This document shows, piece after piece, positions 1 to 10,071 of a stretch of 59,579 nucleotides of DNA. Position 1 is the stretch's first letter, and the number at the start of each line of letters is the position of its first letter. A model generated the notes under the pieces. The model worked only from the letters and a program-made list of their open reading frames with translations, was not told the DNA's origin and did no database searches. The translations under genes and the position numbers were made by a program. This stretch comes from Acidobacteriota bacterium. GTDB taxonomy: Bacteria; Acidobacteriota; Vicinamibacteria; Vicinamibacterales; 2-12-FULL-66-21. The stretch lies in assembly GCA_039648985.1 (NCBI GenBank), contig JBBWZJ010000297.1, positions 1 through 59,579 on the forward strand, read 5' to 3'.

Positions 1-312
1 TTTCGACCGTGAGCGTCGAGCAAAATCAGCAGTGATGGCCAAAGCGCCACTGTTGGATGCGGCGCGCCCGCAACGGACCCGCCGAAAACCCGCCCGACGC
101 CAGGATGGCCCGTCACGCCAAGCGCAACTCCGGCGCCAGCACCCGCGCGCGACGCGCCATCGCATCCATATCCCGCCTCGAACAACTGACCAGGAGAAAG
201 ACGTTGCCGGGCCAAACCGGCGCACTCACGCTTGGGCCGCAGTTTCGTCCAGCCGGAAAGACGCTCCGACTTCCGCCGCGAGATCTTTGGAGCTGTAAGC
301 GGCCTGATTTAA

Positions 313-347
313 TGGTGCGCCCTGCAAGACTCGAACTTGCGACCTCC
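313..347 (-). other. tRNA 3'-half fragment (T-arm, acceptor 3' strand, encoded CCA) with no 5' half
   Basis: The minus strand of 313-347 reads GGAGGTCGCAAGTTCGAGTCTTGCAGGGCGCACCA. This gives T-stem GCAAG/CTTGC, T-loop TTCGAGT, 7-nt acceptor 3' strand AGGGCGC, discriminator A and CCA. The next ~100 nt on that strand have no complementary GCGCCCT strand, no D-arm and no anticodon stem. The CDS at 419-1462 rules out a distant 5' exon. Confidence 0.6.
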
Positions 348-418
348 TGTCTCCTGCCCACCGGAACGGTGATACACTCCCGCCCCTCATCAGCAAACAT
401 TTGAGAAAGGGGCGTTTT

Positions 419-1462
419 ATGACCTCTGGTCGCGCGTTCAAGAACGTGTGCGTCGCCGCATTCCTGTGTCTCGGGTTATCCCTTGCGGCCGGTCCTCTCA
501 CCTTACGTGCCCAAGCCACCGACGAAATCTCAGACGATATGTGCAAAGGCGAGATGGTCTGGATGATCGGCTGGTGCCTCGATATGGTCATGCCAGGGGA
601 CTCGGTAGAAGTTGCGAGTCTGGCGCCGGCCAGCAACGCTCGCACACATGCGGGACCATTCGAGTCGATCAACGTTCCAACGGGTACCGCCACCCGTGCC
701 TTCGGCATAAACCCCCAGGGTGACATCGTCGGGTCGTACACGGCTGCTGGTCGCACGCATGGGTTTCTGCTTCGGGCCGGAGAGTTTACGACGATTGATT
801 ATCCGGGCTCATCTTCGACGGAAGCATGGGGAATCAACGCGCGCGGCGACATCATCGGGCGCTACACACTGACCGGACGCGCCGGTACGCTCGGGTTCCT
901 GTTGAGCCGAGGCGGATTCACTGACGTGTCGATTCCAAGTGCGACCGGACCGGGCGGTAAGCATGTGATCACGCTGCCAACCAAAATCGGAGCATCAGGT
1001 GAGATCGTGGGATGCTTTCACGACGTCAACAATCTCATCGACATGTTTGGCTACGTGCAACGCGGCGACGAGATTTCGACCTTTGCGTTGCCCTCCACGC
1101 GGGGGCCTGCGGCCGCAATGCACAACGGCATCACGCCGGGCGGAAAAATTGTGGCGGGGTTAGTATTTCCAGCTCCGGGACGCGCGCGTGGATACTTGAT
1201 TGCGAATAGCGTCGTCACCTATTTGGATGGTCCCGGCTCAGTGAACACGCAGGCTTGGGACGTGAATCCCAATGCAATCGTCGTCGGTCAGTACGATGCC
1301 GGCGGTCGAACTCACGGCTTTGCCTACGACGAGAATGGATTCCTCACGATTGATATTCCGAAATCGAGCATGACCGTCGCTCGCGGCATCAATCCACGCG
1401 GTGACATTGTTGGCGTGTACAACGATTCGGCAGGAGCGCACGGATTCGTCCTCACAAAATAG
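419..1462 (+). CDS. secreted HAF-family extracellular repeat protein
   Basis: ORF 401..1462. ATG 419 is preceded by GAAAGGGG. The N-terminus looks like a signal peptide (MTSGRAFKNVCVAAFLCLGLSLAAG). About six copies of GIN(P/A)xGDI(V/I)G.Y...G..HGF(L/V) match the HAF extracellular repeat as I know it. TTG 401 is an alternative start. Confidence 0.8.
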   Translation: MTSGRAFKNVCVAAFLCLGLSLAAGPLTLRAQATDEISDDMCKGEMVWMIGWCLDMVMPGDSVEVASLAPASNARTHAGPFESINVPTGTATRAFGINPQGDIVGSYTAAGRTHGFLLRAGEFTTIDYPGSSSTEAWGINARGDIIGRYTLTGRAGTLGFLLSRGGFTDVSIPSATGPGGKHVITLPTKIGASGEIVGCFHDVNNLIDMFGYVQRGDEISTFALPSTRGPAAAMHNGITPGGKIVAGLVFPAPGRARGYLIANSVVTYLDGPGSVNTQAWDVNPNAIVVGQYDAGGRTHGFAYDENGFLTIDIPKSSMTVARGINPRGDIVGVYNDSAGAHGFVLTK

Positions 1463-1837
1463 GTTCGCTGTGGGTGTGGCCGAGACTGACGGGCCCGTTT
1501 AGCCGCCGGCCTCGGCCCAATATTTGGCGCGCGGAAACCGAGTGCGACCCATCCCTCCAGAGCCGAGAAAGGCGATCGATTCGATAACGTGTCAGGTCCA
1601 CCTGTGCGACGTGCGAAGGCATGGAGGAGGCCGCGCACCGGTTTCGCCGCCGGTACTTGGCGACAGGTGACCTAAGTACCCGAAATACGGTCTCAGGTGA
1701 ACCTGTGGAAAGGCCCCAGGCCGTCACCTCGCGGTCCGACCGGCGAAGATCGACGCCTGAGCCGTCCGACGGCGGGCCCGCGTGACGCACGCTTCCCGTT
1801 AAGCGCGGCAGTACAGCAGGTTACAATACGCCCGACG

Positions 1838-4318
1838 ATGTCTTCGCCCAATGAGGCCGCCGCGCGTCTCGCCGCGATTGTCAATTCCTCGGACGACGCC
1901 ATCGTCGGCCTCGATCTGCGCGGCAACATCACGTCGTGGAACCCGGCAGCGGAGCGCCTGTACGGATACCCGGCGAATGAGGCGATCGGGCAGCCGATCA
2001 CCCTGATAGTGCCTGACGATATGTACGCCGCCGAGGAGGCGGTGCTCGCCCGCGTGGCGAAGGGCGAGGTCGTCCACCATTTCGAGACCCTCCGGCGCCA
2101 TCGCGACGGTTCGCTGCTGCCAATCTCGCTGACGGTGTCGCCCATCTGCACGGACACCGGCGAGATCATCGGTGCGTCGAAGATTGCGCGGGACATCCGG
2201 GGGCGGCAGGGCGCCGAGCGCGCAGCGAGGCGGCTCGCCGCGATCGTGGAGTCGAGCGACGACGCGATCATCTCCAAGGACCTGAACGGGATCGTGATGT
2301 CCTGGAACGACGCGGCCACCCGCATGTTCGGGTATTCCGCCGCGGACATGATCGGCCAGTCGATCCGCCTCCTCATCCCCGCAGATCGGCAGGCGGAAGA
2401 AGACGACGTGCTCGGCCACATCCGGCGCGGCGAGAAGGTCGAGCACTTCGAAACCATCCGCCGCCGCAAGGACGGCTCGCTGCTGCCCATCTCGCTCACC
2501 GTGTCGCCGATCCTGAGCGAGGACGGCACCGTGATCGGCGCGTCGAAGATTGCGCGCGACATCTCGGACCGGAAGCGTGCAGAAGCCGAGCGGGCGCGCC
2601 TGCTCACGATCGCGCAGCAGCAGGTGGACACCACCCGCAAGCTCAATCAGGTCGGCGGGATCGTGGCCGCTACGCTGGACCGCCGGGAAATCGTCAGCAC
2701 TGTCACGAACGCCGGGACGGAAGTCACGGGCGCGGAGTTCGGCGCATTTTTCTACAACGCGACCGATCCGGCGTCCGGCGAGAGCTACGTGCTCTACACA
2801 CTCGCCGGCGCACCCAAGGAGGCGTTCGCGACACTCCCCAATCCGCGGGTGACGGCACTCTTCGGCCCGACATTCCGCGGAGAAGGGGTGATACGGCTTG
2901 CGGACGTGACGAAGGATCCCCGCTACGGTCAGAACGCGCCGTTCGACGGGATGCCGCCTGGACACCTGCCCGTGCGAAGCTACCTGGCCGTGCCGGTCAA
3001 GAACCGCACCGGCGCCGTGCTGGGCGGCCTCTTCTTCGGCCACTCGGTCCCCGAGATGTTCACGGAGGAGCACACGGAGCTCGCGACGGGGATTGCCGTG
3101 TGGGCGTCGATGGCGCTCGAGAACGCACGCTTGTACGAGGAATCGCAGGACGTCAGCCGCCTCAAGGACGAGTTTCTCGCCACGCTCTCACACGAGTTGC
3201 GCACGCCGCTCAACGCGATTCTCGGCTACGCGCGGATGATCCGATCCGGCCTCGTCCGCGGAGACAACCAGGGGCGCGCGGTCGAGACTATCGAGCGCAA
3301 TGCGACATCGCTGACGCAGATTGTCGAGGACGTCCTTGATGTGTCCCGCATCATCTCGGGCAAGATCCGGCTGAACGTGCAGCCGGTCGATCTCCCGGCC
3401 GTGATCCAGCACGCGCTCGATGCTGTGGCGCCGGCAGCCGAGGCCAGGGGGGTCCGCATCGAGACGGCGATTGAGCCGAACGCGTCGCCGGTCTCCGGGG
3501 ATCCCGACCGCATCCAGCAGGTGATCTGGAATCTCGCCTCAAACAGCGTCAAGTTCACAGGCCGCGGCGGACGCGTGCGTGTGCGGCTTGCGCGCCTCGA
3601 CTCGCATGTGGAGATCGTTGTCAGCGACGACGGCATCGGCATCGCCCCGGAATTTCTTCCCCATGTGTTCGAGCGCTTCCGGCAGGCCGATTCCGGAACG
3701 ACCCGCGAACGGGGCGGTCTCGGGCTGGGGCTGGCGATTTCGCGCAACCTTGTCGAGATGCACGGCGGGACGATTCACGCCGCCAGCGCCGGTGCCGGGC
3801 AGGGCACGACGATTCGTGTCACCCTGCCGATCCTCGCGCGGCCCGAGGTCCACGCGGCCGGCCAGTTCGCGCCTCACCGGCATGCGTCGGATCGGCAGAT
3901 GCTCATTCCGGACCTGGTCGGTGTTCGCGTTCTCGCCGTGGACGATGACCCCGACGCGCTGCGGATGGTGCGCGAGATTCTCGAGGCCGCCGGGGCGCAG
4001 GTGTCCTCTGCCGCGTCGGCGGACGAGGCGCTCGAATCACTGAACTCCCTCCATCCGGATGTGCTCGTCGCCGACCTCGGCCTTCCACGCATGGACGGGT
4101 TCGAGCTGATCGCCGAAATCCGGCGGCGACCGGATCCCGCCGTTCGCAATGTGCCCGCGGCGGCGCTGACCGCGTACGCGCGGTCGGAAGATCGCACCAG
4201 GGCGCTGAAAGCCGGATTCCAAGTCCACCTCTCGAAGCCCATCGATCCCGGCGATTTGATGGCGGCCGTGGCCGCGCTGGCCGGTCGCCCGGGCGCGCGA
4301 TCGCCTGTGGCGCCGTAG
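1838..4318 (+). CDS. hybrid sensor histidine kinase (PAS-PAS-GAF-HisKA-HATPase_c-REC)
   Basis: There are two PAS-like repeats (AIVNSSDDAIVGLDLRGNITSWNPAAERLYGY and AIVESSDDAIISKDLNGIVMSWNDAATRMFGY) and a GAF-like middle region. The H-box is LSHELRTPLNAILGYARM, with kinase N/G boxes (DDGIGI, GGLGLGLAISRNLVEMHGG). The C-terminal receiver reads VLAVDDDPD...VADLGLPRMDG...SKP. ATG 1838 (MSSPNEAA) is preferred over the ORF-track GTG 1697, whose extension is Arg/Pro-rich. Confidence 0.9.
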   Translation: MSSPNEAAARLAAIVNSSDDAIVGLDLRGNITSWNPAAERLYGYPANEAIGQPITLIVPDDMYAAEEAVLARVAKGEVVHHFETLRRHRDGSLLPISLTVSPICTDTGEIIGASKIARDIRGRQGAERAARRLAAIVESSDDAIISKDLNGIVMSWNDAATRMFGYSAADMIGQSIRLLIPADRQAEEDDVLGHIRRGEKVEHFETIRRRKDGSLLPISLTVSPILSEDGTVIGASKIARDISDRKRAEAERARLLTIAQQQVDTTRKLNQVGGIVAATLDRREIVSTVTNAGTEVTGAEFGAFFYNATDPASGESYVLYTLAGAPKEAFATLPNPRVTALFGPTFRGEGVIRLADVTKDPRYGQNAPFDGMPPGHLPVRSYLAVPVKNRTGAVLGGLFFGHSVPEMFTEEHTELATGIAVWASMALENARLYEESQDVSRLKDEFLATLSHELRTPLNAILGYARMIRSGLVRGDNQGRAVETIERNATSLTQIVEDVLDVSRIISGKIRLNVQPVDLPAVIQHALDAVAPAAEARGVRIETAIEPNASPVSGDPDRIQQVIWNLASNSVKFTGRGGRVRVRLARLDSHVEIVVSDDGIGIAPEFLPHVFERFRQADSGTTRERGGLGLGLAISRNLVEMHGGTIHAASAGAGQGTTIRVTLPILARPEVHAAGQFAPHRHASDRQMLIPDLVGVRVLAVDDDPDALRMVREILEAAGAQVSSAASADEALESLNSLHPDVLVADLGLPRMDGFELIAEIRRRPDPAVRNVPAAALTAYARSEDRTRALKAGFQVHLSKPIDPGDLMAAVAALAGRPGARSPVAP

Positions 4319-4480
4319 GTGCCCGGAGAGCCGTGCCGTGATGCGTCACCCGAGTGTGCACCGGCGTCCGTGCCCTGACACAATCTCTGCGGCTCACCTG
4401 TCTGCAGCCTTCGAGTGCGGACGACGGCCGTGGCATGGTTCCCGCTTGCCTCTCGCATGGCCCGTGGTGGGGATCCCTGA

Positions 4481-5200
4481 ATGACGGACACGCGAGAAGG
4501 TGCAGCAGCCCGCGAGATACCGCCGATTGTCCTTGTCGTCGAAGATGACCGCGACACCCGAGACATGTACGAGGCGCTTCTGAACTCGGAGGGGTTCTGG
4601 GTGATGAAAGTGGGCGACGCGATCGAAGCCTTTGAATACGCGACGAACTTCCATCCTGACGCCGTGCTGACCGATCTCGGGCTGGGCCGGGATGCCGACG
4701 GGGCAGGGCTCATCCGGTCGCTTCGCGCAGTCTCCGAGTTCGAGTTCACGCCGATCATCGCCGTCACCGGTACGCAGCCGCGCGAGTTGCCCTCGCTGCG
4801 CGGCCTCCAGATCTCGGCTGTTCTGCTGAAGCCCGTATCCCCGCGCACGCTAATTGACCGGCTCCGATCCGCGTTGCAGGAATCCTCCGTGCTGCGCGCG
4901 CGCAGCACGGCCATCCTGGAACGGATCCCGGTGCTCCTGGATCGATCCGAGGCGGCTCGGCGGCGCTCTACCGCGGCGGCCGCGACGCGCCGTGCAGCCC
5001 GCGATCGTCGATGCCCGCGATGCGAGGCGCCGCTCATCTGGGTGGACAGCTCCGATCGGGCGGAGGGTCGCGTCGACTATTACCAGTCGTGCGGCCGCGG
5101 TTGCGGCCTCTTCTGCTTCAACGACAGCCGCCAGGAATTCGAGCAGCTCGCGGCGACGGATCCCCCGCCCCGTGAGATCGCGCCAGACCTCGAGGATTGA
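4481..5200 (+). CDS. response regulator receiver protein with C-terminal Cys4 zinc-ribbon-like tail
   Basis: The REC signature is IVLVVEDDRDTRDMY...AVLTDLGLG...LLKP. The C-terminus has CPRCEAPLIWVD...YYQSCGRGCGLFC, and no DNA-binding output domain is recognisable. Confidence 0.85.
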   Translation: MTDTREGAAAREIPPIVLVVEDDRDTRDMYEALLNSEGFWVMKVGDAIEAFEYATNFHPDAVLTDLGLGRDADGAGLIRSLRAVSEFEFTPIIAVTGTQPRELPSLRGLQISAVLLKPVSPRTLIDRLRSALQESSVLRARSTAILERIPVLLDRSEAARRRSTAAAATRRAARDRRCPRCEAPLIWVDSSDRAEGRVDYYQSCGRGCGLFCFNDSRQEFEQLAATDPPPREIAPDLED

Positions 5201-5517
5201 TGTCCCCGCGCCGTCTCCCGTCCGCCGGGCAAGGGTTCGCGCGCGCCGCCGTGGGGGGCGGCACGTCGAGACCGGGAGGCCACGGGCGGGGCAGCGCGGT
5301 CGCCGACCTGGAGGTTCTGTCCTCGGCCGACGAGGCCGAAGACGAGCTCGCTCGGTTGCTGGACGAAGTGCGGGACGCACGCGAACGGCTTTCCCGGCTC
5401 ATCGCCGCGATGAAGGCTGAACGGGCCGGATGGCAGGAGCGCGAGCAGCGCTGGGAACGCTGGCGTTCGCAGCTGCCGAACCCTCCTAAGAAACCACCCG
5501 GCCGCGATGTGCACTGA
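5200..5517 (+). CDS. hypothetical coiled-coil protein, translationally coupled to the REC gene
   Basis: ATG 5200 shares one base with the upstream TGA (TGATG). Third-position GC is high. The charged helical segment is DEAEDELARLLDEVRDARERLSRLIAAMKAERAGWQEREQRWERW. I recognise no family. Confidence 0.6.
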   Translation: MSPRRLPSAGQGFARAAVGGGTSRPGGHGRGSAVADLEVLSSADEAEDELARLLDEVRDARERLSRLIAAMKAERAGWQEREQRWERWRSQLPNPPKKPPGRDVH

Positions 5518-5598
5518 CGCGCTCCGATACGGTTCAGCTTGAATGAATTCTTCGTCGAAGGTAGGGTTAGGCGTTAAGCGGACGGCCCCGTCCGCCCC

Positions 5599-5874
5599 GT
5601 GTTCATGGCTGTTTCCATAAGTTGCCCGCAACTCGGCGACGCCGCGGTTCGCACTCAGCTTGCTGAAGCGGTGCAGTCGGCAGTCAAGCGATGGCGTCCA
5701 TCGTTCGAGAGCTGGCGCCTGTCGCTGTTCAGATCGCAGTCGGGTCAGGGCTGGGATCTCGCGATCTCGGGTCCCAGGTTCCGCAAGGTGTTCACGCTCT
5801 ACGGACCCGTGGACGATCTGCCCGGTCTCGTCACGGCCTACATGGACGCGATTCTCGCCCAGAAAGCGCGCTGA
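5599..5874 (+). CDS. hypothetical small protein
   Basis: This 91-aa ORF has moderately GC-biased third positions and I recognise no family. ATG 5605 is an alternative start. It sits in a locally lower-GC stretch. Confidence 0.45.
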   Translation: MFMAVSISCPQLGDAAVRTQLAEAVQSAVKRWRPSFESWRLSLFRSQSGQGWDLAISGPRFRKVFTLYGPVDDLPGLVTAYMDAILAQKAR

Positions 5875-6029
5875 CCTTCAGTTCCCTCGCTTAGATCCTC
5901 CCGCGCTCGACATCCTCAACCAGACTCCAGCATCCCGCGGCGCGGCTCGGCGGAGAGTGCTGTGCGAGCGCGAACGGCGGAGCTGCGGCCGTGCTTGCGT
6001 CAGCGGCGGCAGCTCCATAAGCTGGGAGG

Positions 6030-6608
6030 ATGGGTATCGCGGAATGGATGCGCGTGATCGACACCGTCGGCGGTCTCGCGCAGATGACGGGCAAACTGCG
6101 GCCGCGCACAAGCGCTGACGCGGGTCTGACCCCGACCGGCGATCCCGCTCCCGGCGGTCTCGAGGCGCGTCTCGCCGGCGTGGTGGTTGCGGCCCTCAAG
6201 GAGGCGTTCGACAGGGATCGCGCCCGGATGGATCTCGAACGCGCCCAGCTGGAATCCGAGCGCAAGCGGGCGGACGAGGCGCTCTCGGCCGAGCTGCGCC
6301 GCCAGGCTGCCGAGCGGGGCCTCGGGCAGCTGCGGATCATCGCGATCATGGCCATCACGGGCTGGATGCTCTCCGCCGCGCTTGCCGCCTGGCTGCCGGG
6401 CATGCGCGGAACCGTGCCGCGATCGTTGCTGGGCGCCGGGTGGCTGCTGGCGTTCGCGGCGCTCGGCTGCGCCTTTGCTGGCGCGCAGGCGATTTCGTCA
6501 TCCGCCGACTCGGCCTCTTCGCCGAGGCCTGGCGCGGCCAACGCCGCCCCCTGGCTGCTCCTCGCGGCGCTTGGCGCGATTGCTGCGAGTCTCCTGGCGG
6601 GTTTGTGA
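6030..6608 (+). CDS. hypothetical membrane protein (N-terminal charged coiled coil, about 3 C-terminal TM helices)
   Basis: The charged segment is DRDRARMDLERAQLESERKRADEALSAELRRQAAER. It is followed by hydrophobic stretches (LRIIAIMAITGWMLSAALAAWL, LLGAGWLLAFAALGCAFAG, PWLLLAALGAIAASLLAGL). Confidence 0.6.
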   Translation: MGIAEWMRVIDTVGGLAQMTGKLRPRTSADAGLTPTGDPAPGGLEARLAGVVVAALKEAFDRDRARMDLERAQLESERKRADEALSAELRRQAAERGLGQLRIIAIMAITGWMLSAALAAWLPGMRGTVPRSLLGAGWLLAFAALGCAFAGAQAISSSADSASSPRPGAANAAPWLLLAALGAIAASLLAGL

Positions 6609-6651
6609 TCGGCCAGGGCCCCGGCTCACCATCAGCGTCTCGAGGATTCAT

Positions 6652-7151
6652 GTGATCACTGTTTACGGCGCCGACTGGTGCGAGGACACGCGGCGGACAT
6701 TGCGTCAGCTCCGGCGTCTGGGTGTCCGCCATCTCTATAGGGATGTAGACGAAGATCTCGAGGCGTTGCGGAGCGCCACCGCGCTGAACGGCGGACAGCG
6801 GCGCACACCGACGGTCGATCTCGGTGTCGGGGGACCGCCCCTCGTCGAACCCGGCAATGACACCATCACCGAAGCGCTGGTCGAGCTCGAGATGCTGACG
6901 CAGGACGAAGCGCGAGAGCGCATGCAGGTACAGAACGTCGGAGACCTGGAGCGCGTCGTCCGCGCCGGCGCCGGCGCAGCGCTCGTGCTCGCCGGGTCCC
7001 TTGCACCGCGCGCCCTGCGGTGGCCTCTCCGTCTCGCAGGCGCCGCACTGGCGCTTTCCGGGATCTCCGGGTGGTGCCCCGGGTATCAGCGGGCCGGCGT
7101 GACCTCGCTCGACGGCCCCGGCGATCGTCCGGACGAAGCGCACCGCGGTGC

Positions 7152-7173
<22 letters not shown>
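6652..7173 (+). CDS. glutaredoxin/NrdH-like domain fused to a DUF2892 (YgaP-like) membrane domain
   Basis: GTG 6652 lies inside track ORF 6187..7173, whose upstream part is an Arg/Pro-rich artefact. The N-terminus is MITVYGADWCEDTRRTLRQLRRLGV...RRTPTV (thioredoxin fold with a single Cys). The C-terminus is RVVRAGAGAALVLAG...LSGISGWCPGYQRAGVTS, which matches the DUF2892 GfCPlY motif. Confidence 0.75.
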
Positions 7174-9353
<2,180 letters not shown>

Positions 9354-9377
9354 ACAAGGGGTGCCAAGGTGCCGGGG

Positions 9378-9968
9378 TCAGGCGGACCGAAGCAGGCGCC
9401 GCAGCGCCGTGAATGCTTCGAGCATCTCGGCGTACGAGAAATTGGCGTTACGCCCGCTGGGATTCGGCAGTACGAACAACCGAGCGCCGTGGATGGACTC
9501 AGCCTGGAGACCTAGCACCACCGGCCTCAATCCCTTCGGCGCGGGGGTCGAGGGATCGCGGCCGCCTTCGACCAGCGGCCGGATCGCGCGGTAGAGCGTG
9601 ACTCCGACCAGCGCAACGACGGCGGGCCTGTGCCTGCGGATCTTCGCCTCGAGCGCCTTCCATCCCGCAACGTATTCGGCAGGCTTCAGGTCATCGATGC
9701 CCGGGCTCGGACGCGGGACCAGGTTCGTGATCCCGAACCCGAACTCCCCGAGACGCACGTCCTCTTCGAACGTGAGTCGCTGCGGCACGAGGCCCGACTC
9801 CGCAAGGAGCTTCCAGAAGCGATTCGACGGTCCGGCGAAATGATGGCCCGTCACCGCCGATCGCACACCCGGATTGATCCCGACGAACAGCACGCGCAGC
9901 CCCGGCCCGATCCGATCGGTCAACCGGCGTCCCGACCAGTCCGGTTCAGAACCCGTCGTGCGTTTCAT
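9378..9968 (-). CDS. mug: G/U mismatch-specific uracil-DNA glycosylase (UDG family 2)
   Basis: LRVLFVGINPGVRSAVTGHHFAGPSNRFWKLL and VLPNPSGRNA match the E. coli Mug motifs GINPG...NRFW and LPNPSG. Confidence 0.85.
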   Translation of the reverse strand: MKRTTGSEPDWSGRRLTDRIGPGLRVLFVGINPGVRSAVTGHHFAGPSNRFWKLLAESGLVPQRLTFEEDVRLGEFGFGITNLVPRPSPGIDDLKPAEYVAGWKALEAKIRRHRPAVVALVGVTLYRAIRPLVEGGRDPSTPAPKGLRPVVLGLQAESIHGARLFVLPNPSGRNANFSYAEMLEAFTALRRLLRSA

Positions 9969-9975
9969 ATGAAAG

Positions 9976-10066
9976 TTGTACGTTTTACGTTTTACGTTTT
10001 ACGTTTTACGTTTAGGTTTTAGGTTTTACGTTGCACGTAGCACGTAGCACGTAGCACGTGGCACGT
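9976..10066. repeat. composite heptanucleotide tandem array, 13 units
   Basis: Read directly: TTGTACG, (TTTTACG)x4, (TTTAGGT)x2, TTTACGT, TGCACGT, (AGCACGT)x3, GGCACGT. These occupy 91 of the 103 nt between the emrB stop (10072) and the mug start (9968). Confidence 0.95.
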
Positions 10067-10071
10067 TGAAC

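Noticed and set aside
1-312. An integrase or recombinase remnant next to the tRNA fragment.
   Set aside because: None of the six frames shows recombinase motifs. All ORFs here are short and Arg/Pro-rich.
313-420. A complete tRNA or the 3' end of a tmRNA.
   Set aside because: There is no 5' acceptor strand (GCGCCCT), D-arm or anticodon stem downstream on the minus strand. A tmRNA 5' end would have to lie inside the HAF-repeat CDS, and no AGGGCGC complement is present there.
1463-1837. A possible riboswitch or sRNA in the 375-bp region upstream of the hybrid kinase.
   Set aside because: It contains scattered stems (for example GGCCGAG...CTCGGCC) but no motif I can assign. There is not enough evidence for a feature call.
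5578-5595. The hairpin GCGGACGG-CC-CCGTCCGC as an intrinsic terminator.
   Set aside because: It has no U-tract and ends only 3 nt before the next candidate start codon. It may be structural, but it cannot be called a terminator with confidence.
9976-10066. A CRISPR array. This applies equally to the other tandem arrays at 17634, 27189, 30614, 41115, 41443 and 59554.
   Set aside because: The units are only 7-8 nt and directly abutting with no spacers. No cas genes or leader are present.
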